Shown here piece by piece: positions 22,639-32,627 of a DNA stretch of 64,000 nucleotides. The position numbers were made by a program, and so were the translations under genes. The notes beneath the pieces are model-generated. The model did not search any database and had not been told where the DNA came from. It saw only the letters and a list, made by a program, of their open reading frames with translations. Origin of the DNA: Synechococcus sp. (GTDB lineage: Bacteria; Cyanobacteriota; Cyanobacteriia; PCC-6307; Cyanobiaceae); NCBI GenBank assembly GCA_047285805.1, contig JBJBCN010000003.1:640001-704000 (forward strand), read 5' to 3'. Numbering within the stretch: position 1 is the first letter of the stretch; each line of letters begins with the position of its first letter.

Positions 22639-25565
22639 TGGAGTTGAGCGCCTTTGTTCAGCGCCATATCGGTCCGACCCCGGCCGAGCAGCAGACGATG
22701 CTGCGGGACCTGGGACTGGCTGATCTGGAGTCCCTGGTGCGCCAGGTGGTCCCCGAGCCGATTCGCCTCGTGCCCGCCCAGGCTCTTGAGGGGTTGCCCG
22801 CAGGTTGCCAGGAGGCCCAGGCGCTGACGGAGCTGCAGCAGATCGCGGCGGCCAACGAGGTGCGCCGCTCGCTCATCGGCTTGGGTTACTACGGCTGTAT
22901 TACCCCGGCGCTTATCCAGCGTCATGTCTTTGAGAACCCGGCCTGGTATACGGCCTACACCCCCTATCAAGCGGAGATCAGCCAGGGGCGTCTGGAGGCG
23001 CTGCTCAATTTCCAGACCCTGATCAGTGAGCTCACGGGCCTGCCGATTGCCAATGCCTCGCTGCTGGATGAGGCCACGGCAGCGGCCGAGGCCATGGCCC
23101 TGAGCCTGGGGGCCTGCCGCAACCGCAACGCCCGCCGTTTTCTGGTGGATGAAGCGGTCTTCCCGCAGACCTGGGCGGTCCTGGAGACCAGGGCTGAACC
23201 GCTGGAGCTTGTCCTGGAGCGGGTCAATCCCCAGGAGCTGTTGGACCGCCCTGAGGCGTTTAGTGATGCCTTCGGTCTGCTATTGCAGTTGCCCGGCAGC
23301 TCCGGCGCCCTCTGGCACCCCGGGGCCGTCATTGCTGCGGCGTGCGATGCGGGGGTGATCGTGACGGCTGCAGTCGATCCCATGGCCCAGGTGCTGATGG
23401 CGCCGGTGGCCGAACTGGGGGTCGAGATTGCGGTGGGCAGTACTCAGCGCCTGGGAATCCCCTTGGGATTTGGCGGACCCCATGCGGCCTTCTTTGCCAC
23501 TACCCCAACCCACCAGCGCAAGATCCCAGGGCGTTTGGTGGGCCAGTCGGTGGATGCCGAGGGCCATCCGGCGCTGCGCCTCGCCCTGCAGACCCGTGAG
23601 CAGCACATTCGCCGGGACAAGGCCACCAGCAACATCTGCACCGCTCAGGTTCTGCTGGCGGTGATGGCCAGCTTCTACGCGGTGCACCACGGTCCCGATG
23701 GCCTAACGGCGATCGCCCGTCGCTTGGTGTTGTTGCGGGAGTTGCTGCGCCGCGGGCTGGAAACCCTGGGGCACCCCGCCGAGCCAGCGCCTGGCTTGGA
23801 CACCCTGCGGGTGCGCTGCGCCGATGGGGCGGAATTGATTGCTCGGGCGGCGGCAGCGGGCTTCAACCTGCGCCCCGAGACTGACGGGTTTGCGATCAGC
23901 CTCGATGAGCTGAGCGACCTGGAGGAGTTGCAACGGCTGCTCTCCGCACTGGCGGCCCTGCCCCAAACGGCTCCGGATCTGACCCAACTGGAGCACGCCC
24001 TGCTGCAGGAGACCCAGGGCCAGTCCATCGAAGAGCGGCTTTGGGGAACCCTGGTGCCCCGTCGCAGTCGCTCCTGGCTGCAGCAGCCGGTCTTCCACCG
24101 CTACCGCAGCGAGACCGAGCTGCTTCGCTACATCCAGCGGCTGGTCTCTAAGGACTTCTCATTGGTCCACGGGATGATTCCGCTGGGCAGCTGCACGATG
24201 AAGCTCAATGCGGCGGCGGAGCTGCTGCCGGTCAGTTGGCCAGGGTTCGCCGGTTTGCATCCCTTCGCGCCAGCGCACCAAAGCGCGGGGTATCGCCGCC
24301 TGGTGGCGGATCTTGAGCACTGGCTGGCGGCCATCACCGGCTTTGCCGGGGTCTCCCTGCAGCCCAATGCGGGATCCCAAGGGGAATACGCCGGATTGCT
24401 TGTGATCCGCGCCTATCACCGCAGCCGCGGCGACGCGCAGCGCCGGGTGTGCTTGATCCCCACCAGTGCCCATGGCACGAACCCAGCCAGTGCCGTGATG
24501 GCAGGCTTGAAGGTGGTGGCCGTGGCCTGCGACGACCAGGGGAATATCGACCGGGCGGATCTGCAGGCCAAGGTTGAATCCCACCAGCAGGAGCTGGCGG
24601 CCCTGATGGTCACCTACCCCTCCACACATGGGGTGTTTGAAGAAGGCATCCGCGAGATCTGCGCGTTGGTGCATGCGCACGGTGGTCAGGTTTACCTCGA
24701 TGGCGCCAACCTCAATGCCCAGGTGGGCCTGGCCAAGCCCGGTGCGTACGGCGCCGATGTTTGCCACCTGAACCTGCATAAGACCTTCTGCATTCCCCAT
24801 GGCGGTGGTGGCCCGGGCGTGGGGCCGATCGCCGTGGCTTCGCACCTGGTGCCCTTCCTGCCCGGCCATCCCGCCGCGGAGACCTGTGGGGGCGATCAGG
24901 CCATCGGTCCGATCAGCGCGGCTCCCTGGGGCAGCGCCAGCATTCTTCCGATCAGTTGGATGTACATCCGGATGATGGGTGGGGCTGGCCTGCGCCAAGC
25001 CAGTGCGGTCTCCCTGCTGTCCGCTAACTGGCTGGCCCATCAATTGGAGGATCACTTCCCGGTGCTCTATCGCGGCCAATCAGGACGGGTTGCCCATGAA
25101 TGCATCTTTGATTTACGGCCGCTGAAGCGCAGTGCCGGTTTGGAAGTGGATGACCTCGCCAAACGCTTGATGGACTATGGCTTCCATGCCCCTACGGTCA
25201 GTTGGCCTGTCGCCGGAACGGTGATGGTGGAGCCCACGGAAAGCGAGGGGTTGGCCGAGCTGCAGCGCTTCTGCGACGCGATGGCTGCGATCCGTGCAGA
25301 GGCCGCGGCGATTGAGTCGGGAGCGATGGATCCTGAGAACAATCCCCTTAAACGTGCACCCCATACGTTGTCAGCGGTGACGGCGGATGTTTGGGACCGT
25401 CCCTATAACCGTCAGCAGGCTGCTTACCCCCAGGGAGAGGAGGTGCAACAGGGCAAGCTTTGGCCGGCGGTGGCCCGCATTGATAACGCCTTTGGTGATC
25501 GCAACTTGGTTTGTACCTGCCCTTCTGTTCAGGAAATGGCCGTTTCATCGCCAACGGCGGCTTAA
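22638..25565 (+). CDS. gcvP: Glycine dehydrogenase (P protein)
   Basis: [32 protein letters not shown] and [10 protein letters not shown] motifs. Confidence 0.98.
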   Translation: MELSAFVQRHIGPTPAEQQTMLRDLGLADLESLVRQVVPEPIRLVPAQALEGLPAGCQEAQALTELQQIAAANEVRRSLIGLGYYGCITPALIQRHVFENPAWYTAYTPYQAEISQGRLEALLNFQTLISELTGLPIANASLLDEATAAAEAMALSLGACRNRNARRFLVDEAVFPQTWAVLETRAEPLELVLERVNPQELLDRPEAFSDAFGLLLQLPGSSGALWHPGAVIAAACDAGVIVTAAVDPMAQVLMAPVAELGVEIAVGSTQRLGIPLGFGGPHAAFFATTPTHQRKIPGRLVGQSVDAEGHPALRLALQTREQHIRRDKATSNICTAQVLLAVMASFYAVHHGPDGLTAIARRLVLLRELLRRGLETLGHPAEPAPGLDTLRVRCADGAELIARAAAAGFNLRPETDGFAISLDELSDLEELQRLLSALAALPQTAPDLTQLEHALLQETQGQSIEERLWGTLVPRRSRSWLQQPVFHRYRSETELLRYIQRLVSKDFSLVHGMIPLGSCTMKLNAAAELLPVSWPGFAGLHPFAPAHQSAGYRRLVADLEHWLAAITGFAGVSLQPNAGSQGEYAGLLVIRAYHRSRGDAQRRVCLIPTSAHGTNPASAVMAGLKVVAVACDDQGNIDRADLQAKVESHQQELAALMVTYPSTHGVFEEGIREICALVHAHGGQVYLDGANLNAQVGLAKPGAYGADVCHLNLHKTFCIPHGGGGPGVGPIAVASHLVPFLPGHPAAETCGGDQAIGPISAAPWGSASILPISWMYIRMMGGAGLRQASAVSLLSANWLAHQLEDHFPVLYRGQSGRVAHECIFDLRPLKRSAGLEVDDLAKRLMDYGFHAPTVSWPVAGTVMVEPTESEGLAELQRFCDAMAAIRAEAAAIESGAMDPENNPLKRAPHTLSAVTADVWDRPYNRQQAAYPQGEEVQQGKLWPAVARIDNAFGDRNLVCTCPSVQEMAVSSPTAA

Positions 25566-25680
25566 TTTGGGTTTAAATGCTCTTGCGAAGGGAAAGTGCA
25601 GAATTTCTTTCTGCTACTTCCCTTGATTTCCCACCAATATCTGCTGCAACTGCAGGAATCGCTGTAGTTCAAGGGGGCCC

Positions 25681-25932
25681 ATGAACGACGAGACCAAAAT
25701 CACCATCCTCGAAGACCAACAGGGTGTGAAGCTCCCCTCCCTGCAGGGCAGCCTTAATCAGGCAGCGATGACCGGTCAGACCCTGCGGGTTGAAGGCACT
25801 AACGTGGTTCGCGTTCCCTTCGGCGTTCGCCGTCCCCGCCGTGCCCGTCCGGCCCGCCCTGATCATTGGGCCACCGTGGTGCTGCCGTTCCAGGCTGGTG
25901 GATCCACTCCGCCCCCTCCGCAAGCCGCCTAG
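25681..25932 (+). CDS. Small conserved hypothetical protein
   Basis: 83-aa ORF with host-like codons and an AGGGGG RBS-like run. Confidence 0.6.
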   Translation: MNDETKITILEDQQGVKLPSLQGSLNQAAMTGQTLRVEGTNVVRVPFGVRRPRRARPARPDHWATVVLPFQAGGSTPPPPQAA

Positions 25933-26135
25933 TCGGCGTTCTGGCCGAGGCGCCAGTCAATCAACGCTTTGACGTCTTCCACTGAGCGCGCTGGTGCGCG
26001 AAAGGGCAACAGCTTCATGGGGCTGCGCTCGGGCCTGACCATCCAAGACAGGTTCTTTTGCGGGATCAGGACGAAGCCGCGATAGCGAACGATCCAGCGC
26101 TGTGAGGTTGGACTGGGGTTGGTGAGCGCTCCCAT
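25929..26135 (-). CDS. Small conserved hypothetical protein
   Basis: 68-aa ORF (RYRGFVLIPQ...WMVRPERSP), convergent with the previous gene. Confidence 0.6.
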   Translation of the reverse strand: MGALTNPSPTSQRWIVRYRGFVLIPQKNLSWMVRPERSPMKLLPFRAPARSVEDVKALIDWRLGQNAD

Positions 26136-26237
26136 CCAGTTGCTGTGACCTCAGAAATTCATTTCAGCCCTTGTGGGGCTGAGCTCCTCTGAATTCAGGT
26201 TTTCTTCCGCTGCAGATCACGAGATCTTGCAGGCAGT

Positions 26238-28067
26238 TCAATAGTTGGCACCGCTGCGGCGCTGGTGGACGGCGGTGGTGGCTTCTCCATCCAGCAGGGC
26301 GCCGGATCCCACCTGGGCGTAGATCAGCCAGTGGTCGCCGCACTCCATGCGCTGTTTGACGCTGCAGTCCAACCAGGCCAGGGCTTCGGGGAGGATCGGC
26401 TGACCGCCGGGGCTCTCCTCGAGATCCAGACCCGCGAAGCGGTCGGCGCCGGGGGCGAAGGGCTTCAGGAACTGCTTCATCAGTCCGCTCTCACGGCCGG
26501 AGGCCAGAACGTTGAGGGCGAAGGAATCGCCGACGTGCAGCAGGGCTTCCACGGCCCGGTCCTTGGCAACGGCCACGGTCAGGCCCGGCGGGGTGAAGCT
26601 CGCCTGGCTGACCCAGCTGGCCACCATGGCGCCGCTGAGTTGGCTTTCGCCACTGCCTTTGCGGGTGGTGAGCACGCAGAGGGACCCGACGACCCGACCA
26701 AGGGCGAGGACGGCGGGGTTGCTGCGGCTTTCGCGGAGGCCGCCACTGCTGGCGCTGCGGCGTTGGGCCTTGCGTTGGGCCGTGATCAAGCTGCGGCCGA
26801 GACCGGTTCCAATTTCCTCGAGGGTTTTGATCGTGGAGGCATCGGGGCTGAACTTCACCCGGATCGGCTCAAAGGCGAACGTGAAGCCGCCGTCCCGCAG
26901 CTTGCTCTCCAACAGATCAATCGCCTCACCACTCCAGCCGAAGCTGCCGAAGACCCCAACGGGTTTTGATCGGTCCCCTTCGGCGAGCACCGTGCCCAGG
27001 GCGGAGACGATCGGAGTCGGGGCATGCCCCCCCAAGGTGGGGGAGCCGATGAGCAGCGCATCGCAACTGCGGATCGTCTCCAGCAGTTTCTCGGCGGGGG
27101 TGAATTCGCAGTTGACGCTCTCGACCCGGACACCGGTGCGGGATACCCCTTGGGCGAGGGCATCAGCGATGGCGGCTGTGTTGCCGTAGGCGCTGGCGAA
27201 GAGCAGGGCCACCGAGAGGCTGGAGCGTTCCTGGGATTCACCCCAGCGGCGGTAATCCACCAGCAGGCTGCGCCAGCTTTCGGCGATGGCGGGACCATGG
27301 CCGGGGGCGATGCAGCGGATGGAGAGCTCATCGAGGCGGTTGAGCACCGCTTCCACTTGGCGGACCATGGGCGCCATCAGGCAGTCATAGAAGTACCGCC
27401 GGTCCTCCTCAGTGCTGCTTCGGTTCGCTTCCGCCCAGTCCTGGATGCAGAGGTGGGCCGAGAAGAACTTGCCGCTCATCAGTAGACCCGTGGTCTCCTC
27501 GAAGGCCATCAGGGCACCGGGCCAGCGCGGGGTTGGCGCCGAGAGCAAGTTGATCGTGTAGCCGTCGGGGCGCTCGATGATGTCCTCGCCCCGTACCACG
27601 GTCAGGGGCGGGAGCGGCAGCATGGCCGGGCCTTCCGGTTCGCCGGCGGGCGTTGGTTTGCGCTGGGCCCAGAGGTCCTGCAGCAGCTTGGCGCCGGGGT
27701 TGGAGGCAATCAGTCGTAGCTTGTCCCAGCGCCGGGCGAGCTCATGCAGCAGGGCAATCCGGTTGGGGTTGACGTGGCTGACGACTACCTGCAGTTCGCT
27801 GCTGCTGGGCACCAGGGCCCCGAGCTGCTCGAGGTAGGGCTCTGCGAAGGAGGCGCCAGGGGGGTGGACCAAGAGCGCGGCGGCGCTGCCGATTTGTTCC
27901 GCCTCTTCACTGCTGGGCATGAACAGAAAGCTGTTGGCCGTCGTGCCGCGCTCCAGGCCGTACTCGACCTCAAAGCGCAGGCGCTTGGGGCTCAGGCCCC
28001 GCAGGCAGACCAGGCCCGGTTCAACCGGAATCTGGATGACCTGGCGTTCTGCGGTGGCGCTGGCCAT
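26238..28067 (-). CDS. flv1: Flavodiiron protein Flv1 (non-canonical diiron ligands)
   Basis: Beta-lactamase-like (SHVNPNR), flavodoxin (ASAYGNT) and flavin-reductase domains. Confidence 0.9.
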   Translation of the reverse strand: MASATAERQVIQIPVEPGLVCLRGLSPKRLRFEVEYGLERGTTANSFLFMPSSEEAEQIGSAAALLVHPPGASFAEPYLEQLGALVPSSSELQVVVSHVNPNRIALLHELARRWDKLRLIASNPGAKLLQDLWAQRKPTPAGEPEGPAMLPLPPLTVVRGEDIIERPDGYTINLLSAPTPRWPGALMAFEETTGLLMSGKFFSAHLCIQDWAEANRSSTEEDRRYFYDCLMAPMVRQVEAVLNRLDELSIRCIAPGHGPAIAESWRSLLVDYRRWGESQERSSLSVALLFASAYGNTAAIADALAQGVSRTGVRVESVNCEFTPAEKLLETIRSCDALLIGSPTLGGHAPTPIVSALGTVLAEGDRSKPVGVFGSFGWSGEAIDLLESKLRDGGFTFAFEPIRVKFSPDASTIKTLEEIGTGLGRSLITAQRKAQRRSASSGGLRESRSNPAVLALGRVVGSLCVLTTRKGSGESQLSGAMVASWVSQASFTPPGLTVAVAKDRAVEALLHVGDSFALNVLASGRESGLMKQFLKPFAPGADRFAGLDLEESPGGQPILPEALAWLDCSVKQRMECGDHWLIYAQVGSGALLDGEATTAVHQRRSGANY

Positions 28068-28068
28068 C

Positions 28069-28813
28069 AGTAGTGCATCCTCACTTTCTCCTTGAAGACT
28101 GGCGTCTGGGTGGGTTTCAATTGTTTTTCAATTTTCTTGGCCAACATTCAACTTTCTCTTGTTACTGGGAAGGCACGCTCATTATCGGTTCTCGCATGGA
28201 TGGTCTGTTGGATAGGTGTTCAAGGGTTAGCCTGAAAGACTTCGTCTCTGGTGGGGATCAATTTTAAGGCAAACTTTTCTAATTGGTGTTTTGTTGAAAA
28301 AGTAAATGAGCTTCATTCACTCGCTCACTGATTGCCAGTCTACCGAGATTGGTAAAGATACAAAGATTTGGCAATTTTGCGTCATATTGAGAGGTGCTAT
28401 TATTGGGGAGAATTGCAATATATGCTCACATGTCTTCATTGAGAATGACGTCAAAATTGGCAATAATGTGACCATAAAGGCTGGCGTTCAGGTTTGGGAT
28501 GGAATAAATATAGAAAGCAATGTATTCATTGGTCCAAACGTCACGTTTTCAAACGACAAATACCCAAGGAGTATGGTGCATCAAGAGAACTTTCCAAAAA
28601 CAGTTGTTGAAGAGGGTGCGAGTATCGGTGCTAATTCAACGATCTTGCCTGGTATCCGTATTGGCAAGGGCGCAATGATAGGTGCTGGTGCTGTTGTTAC
28701 TAAAGATGTTCCGCCAGGAGTGCTTGTGACAGGTATTCCTGCTCGGGTAGTAAAAATATTGTCCGACCAGTCTTCTTGACAAGATTATTTGCCTAGTAGT
28801 GGTTCCCTACTTT
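28069..28813. mobile_element. AT-rich single-gene insertion bounded by a degenerate duplication of the flv3 3' end
   Basis: 28069-28087 AGTAGTGCATCCTCACTTT vs 28795-28813 AGTAGTGGTTCCCTACTTT (15/19 identical, 7-bp perfect core); abrupt GC drop between them. Confidence 0.65.
28306..28779 (+). CDS. Hexapeptide-repeat N-acetyltransferase (WxcM/FdtC-like, dTDP-amino-dideoxyhexose)
   Basis: [48 protein letters not shown]; low-GC codon usage. Confidence 0.88.
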   Translation: MSFIHSLTDCQSTEIGKDTKIWQFCVILRGAIIGENCNICSHVFIENDVKIGNNVTIKAGVQVWDGINIESNVFIGPNVTFSNDKYPRSMVHQENFPKTVVEEGASIGANSTILPGIRIGKGAMIGAGAVVTKDVPPGVLVTGIPARVVKILSDQSS

Positions 28814-30556
28814 GCGGTGGTGGACAGCTGTGCGGGCCTCGGTGTCCGAGACATTTCCCTGCTCCACCTCGCCGTAGATGATCCAGTGATCGGGGCCCTC
28901 CATCCGCTGGCTGACGCGGCAGCCGAGGAAGGCCAGAGCATCGCCGAGGACCGGGCCGCCATTGGCGACGCCCTCGAGGGTGTTGACGCCGGCGAAGCGA
29001 TCTGCCCCCGGCGGGAAGCGCTTGAGGAAGTGGCGCATCAGGTCCTGGTAGTTGTCCTCCCGCAGGATGTTGAGCACGAAGCGATCGCCCACCTGCAGCA
29101 GGGCTTCGATGGCCCGGTCCTTGGCGACGGCCACGGTGATGCCGGGAGGATCAAAGCTGGCCTGGCTGACCCAGCTGGCGACCATCGCGGAGGCGCGCTC
29201 CTCCTGGCGGGCGGTCACCACATAGAGGCCTCCAGAGAGACGGCCCAGGGCTTTATCGAGATCGCCATCCAGAGACTTCATGGCCGCGATGGTCTTGGCC
29301 CTGGTCAGTAGTTGACCGAGGTCGGTGCCGGCTTCTTCGCAGCGCTGGTAGTCGTTGCCATCGGGCACCTGCCGCACCCGCAGGGGCTCGAAGGCTTCCT
29401 TCTGGCCCATGCTGCGCAGCTGCGTGGCGACCGCGTCAATCGGCTCGTCGTTGCCGCCGTAGGCGTCGTAGCTGCCGATCCACTGTTTGGGTTTCAGGGC
29501 CGCCAGCAGGGTGCCGATGGAGGCTTGGAGTTCGGGGTCGGGGTTGGCTGGCCAGGTCGGTACGACGACGGCGCTCGCTTCTCCAATTAATGCGCTGAGT
29601 TCCTGGGCGTCGGTGGCTCGCATGTCCACCAGTTGCACCTGGGCTTCAGCTTTGCCGATGCCCCGGGCGATGGCCTGGCTGAGGCGGTCGCAGAATCCGT
29701 ATTGGCTGAGATAGCAAACGGCGGCATAGGCCTCACCTTTGCTGCGATCGCTGCTCCAGTCCTTGTAGTCCCCCATCCAGAGGTTGAGGTGGTGGCGCAG
29801 CAGCGGGCCGTGGCCGGTGGCGATCGTGTTGATGGTGCCCTCAAGGCCATCCATGCGTTTCATCGCCTGGAGGACGCTGCGGGCGTTTGGGCCCATCAGG
29901 CAGTCGTAATAGAAGCGGAAGTCCGGAGCGAGGGCGCCGGGGTCGAGATCGAAGGTGTCCTCGGAGCAGTAGTGCATCCCGAAGGCATCGCAGGTGTAGA
30001 GGATCCCGGTGCCGTGGTCGAAAGAAAAGATCGTGTCCGGCCAGTGCAGGTTGGGAGCACTGAGGAACTCGAAGCGGTGATGGATGCCGCTCTCGGGGTT
30101 GGTGCCCAGGTCGAGTTCATCGCCGCTTTTGACCGCGTGGTTTTTGAAGGGGCGATGAACCTGGTTTTCCAGGAACTGAATCGCGATCTTGGAGCCCACG
30201 ACTTCAATGTCGGGGTTGAGGTCGATGACGTGACCCACCAGGCCGGAGTGGTCCGGTTCGGTGTGGCTGACGATCAGGACATCGATCGCTTTCGGGTCGA
30301 TCTGTTCTTTGAGCCGGTCTAGCCAGGTCCCTTCGAACTTGAGGTGGCTGGTGTCGATTAGGGCGGTGCGCTCACCCCGCACCAGAAAGCTGTTGTAGGT
30401 GGTGCCGTTGCGCAGGCCGAACTCGATGTCGAAGCGGCTGCGGTCCCAGTCCAGGGAGCGGATCGTGGTGGTGTCGCTGGCGATGGCCTCGCACTGCAGG
30501 CTCAGCCGGGGCGTGCTGGCAACGACAGCCATGGGATCACCAGGGGGATGAGTCAA
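28793..30556 (-). CDS. flv3: Flavodiiron protein Flv3 (canonical diiron ligands)
   Basis: SHTEPDHSG, HWPD, CDAFG and HG ligands plus flavin reductase domain. Start may be 30532. Confidence 0.92.
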   Translation of the reverse strand: MTHPPGDPMAVVASTPRLSLQCEAIASDTTTIRSLDWDRSRFDIEFGLRNGTTYNSFLVRGERTALIDTSHLKFEGTWLDRLKEQIDPKAIDVLIVSHTEPDHSGLVGHVIDLNPDIEVVGSKIAIQFLENQVHRPFKNHAVKSGDELDLGTNPESGIHHRFEFLSAPNLHWPDTIFSFDHGTGILYTCDAFGMHYCSEDTFDLDPGALAPDFRFYYDCLMGPNARSVLQAMKRMDGLEGTINTIATGHGPLLRHHLNLWMGDYKDWSSDRSKGEAYAAVCYLSQYGFCDRLSQAIARGIGKAEAQVQLVDMRATDAQELSALIGEASAVVVPTWPANPDPELQASIGTLLAALKPKQWIGSYDAYGGNDEPIDAVATQLRSMGQKEAFEPLRVRQVPDGNDYQRCEEAGTDLGQLLTRAKTIAAMKSLDGDLDKALGRLSGGLYVVTARQEERASAMVASWVSQASFDPPGITVAVAKDRAIEALLQVGDRFVLNILREDNYQDLMRHFLKRFPPGADRFAGVNTLEGVANGGPVLGDALAFLGCRVSQRMEGPDHWIIYGEVEQGNVSDTEARTAVHHRKVGNHY

Positions 30557-30604
30557 CTCTACGGAGCTTCTCCAGCGAGCTGGCTAATGGCCCTTGGTGC
30601 GGCC

Positions 30605-30634
30605 AAAAAAAAGCCCTGACGTGTGGCCAGGGCT
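30605..30634 (-). terminator. Intrinsic terminator after hspA
   Basis: On the minus strand, AGCCCTG...CAGGGCT stem followed by a T-run. Confidence 0.7.
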
Positions 30635-30675
30635 CGGTCCCGTTTCTCTCTGGTTGTTGTGATCGTTCTGGTCGC

Positions 30676-31071
30676 TTAGCCCTCCACCTTCACCGAAACG
30701 GTGGTCATGGTTTGGGCCTTGGGGGCGGTGACAAGCAGCAGCCCGTCGCGGTAGTGGGCCTCGAGGCCCTCCCGGTCAATGCCGGAGGGGAAGCGGAAGC
30801 TGCGGCTCCAGGTCCCGTAGCGGAATTCGCTCAGGAGCGGCGCTTGGGTGTCGGCGGCCTCCTCGGGGGCGAGGCGCTCGGCGCTGATGACAAGGGTGCG
30901 ATCGGTGGCTTTGACATCGATCGAGTCACGGTTCACGCCGGGCAGTTCCAAGGTGATGGCGAAGCCAGCCTCGGCTTCACGCACCTCAGCGGCGGGGACG
31001 CGCTCGGCGGTGTGCAGCTGCTGCTCGAGTTGTTCGAACAGATCAAAGGGTGATTGGCGCAGGGTCAGCAT
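30676..31071 (-). CDS. hspA: Small heat-shock protein (Hsp20)
   Basis: Alpha-crystallin motifs ELPGV, EFRYGTWSRSF, AHYRDGLL; GGAGG RBS. Confidence 0.92.
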   Translation of the reverse strand: MLTLRQSPFDLFEQLEQQLHTAERVPAAEVREAEAGFAITLELPGVNRDSIDVKATDRTLVISAERLAPEEAADTQAPLLSEFRYGTWSRSFRFPSGIDREGLEAHYRDGLLLVTAPKAQTMTTVSVKVEG

Positions 31072-31233
31072 GGCTGTTCCTCCAAGACTTGACTGGGCGG
31101 GGTGTTGCCCGCAACGCCAATGTGGCCCCGCTGAATGAGAAGCAAGAGGGGCGAGAACCGACCCTCCCAGTACGGCCCTCACCCCTCGAGTTCGGGTGCT
31201 ACGCCTGGTTTGTCGTGGGGCCCGAACCGGCGT

Positions 31234-31728
31234 TCAGATCCACCACCAATCGCTGAAGGCCGCCGCCTGGCCGCACGGTCGTCCATCGGGGTCGCTCAGG
31301 CACCAGAGCCGGGCGTTGTGGATCTGAAAGCGCCGGCCCGTGCTGCTGATGCGGATTCCGCTGTAGCCCTCGATCGCTTGTTGCCGCAACGCTTGCTGCA
31401 GCACCAGCGAGCGGCTTTGGTGCTCTTGGGTTTCGGCGGTCAGGCGCGAGGGCATCCCGACCATGGCGCCCCAAGGGCGCTCCCAGACTCGAAGGGCGGC
31501 GGCGTTGGCGTAGGTCAGGCAGGGGTCACTGCTGCCGTCATGGGCCAGCACGACAAGATCCGCTGAAAAGAGTTCCTGGGCCGAAGGGGCCAGGGCTCGG
31601 CCAAAGGCCTGCACGTGGGAGCGGAGGATTAGCTCGGCTAACTGCCACTTCCCCGGGGTAAGCCAGGGGGCTGGTGCTTGCTTGAGTTGTTGCCGCCTCA
31701 GGCGGTGCCGCCGGTCGCTCAGGGGCAC
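31234..31728 (-). CDS. MEKHLA (PAS-like) domain protein
   Basis: VVLAHDG..DP.LTYANAAAL, GMPSRLTAE, YSGIRISSTGRRF and GQAAAF motifs. Confidence 0.85.
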   Translation of the reverse strand: MPLSDRRHRLRRQQLKQAPAPWLTPGKWQLAELILRSHVQAFGRALAPSAQELFSADLVVLAHDGSSDPCLTYANAAALRVWERPWGAMVGMPSRLTAETQEHQSRSLVLQQALRQQAIEGYSGIRISSTGRRFQIHNARLWCLSDPDGRPCGQAAAFSDWWWI

Positions 31729-31729
31729 C

Positions 31730-32623
31730 TCAGTCGTCCTGGTTGCTGCCGGCCGCCATTGCTGTGGCCATCGCTGTGGCACCGAAGCTGGCCCCCTGGG
31801 CCTTGAGGTGCTCGACGAATTGCTTGCCGGCCTCGGGGAAGCGGCCGTCTTCCGCCAAGGGGATCGCACCGGCTTCATCCAAGCCGGTGTCCCCCTCCAT
31901 AGCCGGAGTGATCACCACCAGGCCGGGATCCAGGGCGGCCCCGTAGCGCCACCAGCGCTTGGGCTCGCGAATGGAGACGGGCGCGGGGTGGGCTTGAGGG
32001 GTGATCGCCGGCTCAGCGTCGGGGTTGGCCTTGGCCTCCTTGGCTTTCTTGGCGAGCAGGGCCCTGCGCTTCACAGCCAGGTCGCTGAGCAGCTGGGCGC
32101 GGGTTCGGCCCCGCAGTTGGAAGAGGACGAAGGGGTCTTCGCTGAAGCGTTCCCCCATCAAGTAGTAGACGGCGCTGACGTGTTTGCAGGGGTTGACCTT
32201 GTCCGGGCAGGTGCACTCGCTGCGCACCTCCTGCAACTTGAAGGGGAAGAGGCGCTTACCGCTGGCCGCGAAGGCCCGCTCGATGTCCTGCGGCATCACC
32301 CCCGCCAAGAGTTGGGCGGACCAACGGGCCTTTTGCCCGAGGGCCTCAAGGACGTAGTTCCAGTCCTCATTGTTGAGGACATCCAGCCAGAGCTTCACCT
32401 TGTAGGGGTCTTCGCCGCTGCCCTGCACCCGGGCGTGAACGCGGCGGCCTTCAAAGCGGATGGAGAGGACGTTGCCTTCGCGGGCGTAGGCCCAGGCCCG
32501 CTCCAAGCGCTTCTTGAAGCGGTATCCGTTGATCAGCTCCATCCACTGCTCAACCCACCAGGGTTGCTGGCTCAGACCTTCATTGCCGAGTTGGGTTGTG
32601 ATGCTGTTGGAAGAAAGAGTCAT
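31730..32623 (-). CDS. SWIM zinc-finger protein
   Basis: CTCPD..NPCKH motif; DPFVLFQLRG. Confidence 0.92.
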   Translation of the reverse strand: MTLSSNSITTQLGNEGLSQQPWWVEQWMELINGYRFKKRLERAWAYAREGNVLSIRFEGRRVHARVQGSGEDPYKVKLWLDVLNNEDWNYVLEALGQKARWSAQLLAGVMPQDIERAFAASGKRLFPFKLQEVRSECTCPDKVNPCKHVSAVYYLMGERFSEDPFVLFQLRGRTRAQLLSDLAVKRRALLAKKAKEAKANPDAEPAITPQAHPAPVSIREPKRWWRYGAALDPGLVVITPAMEGDTGLDEAGAIPLAEDGRFPEAGKQFVEHLKAQGASFGATAMATAMAAGSNQDD

Positions 32624-32627
32624 GGGA

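Noticed and set aside
25000..25680. Lower GC at the gcvP 3' end and at the gatB/coaE junction (~44400-44520)
   Set aside because: Reading frames are intact and I found no flanking repeats or foreign genes. At most these are old recombination patches.
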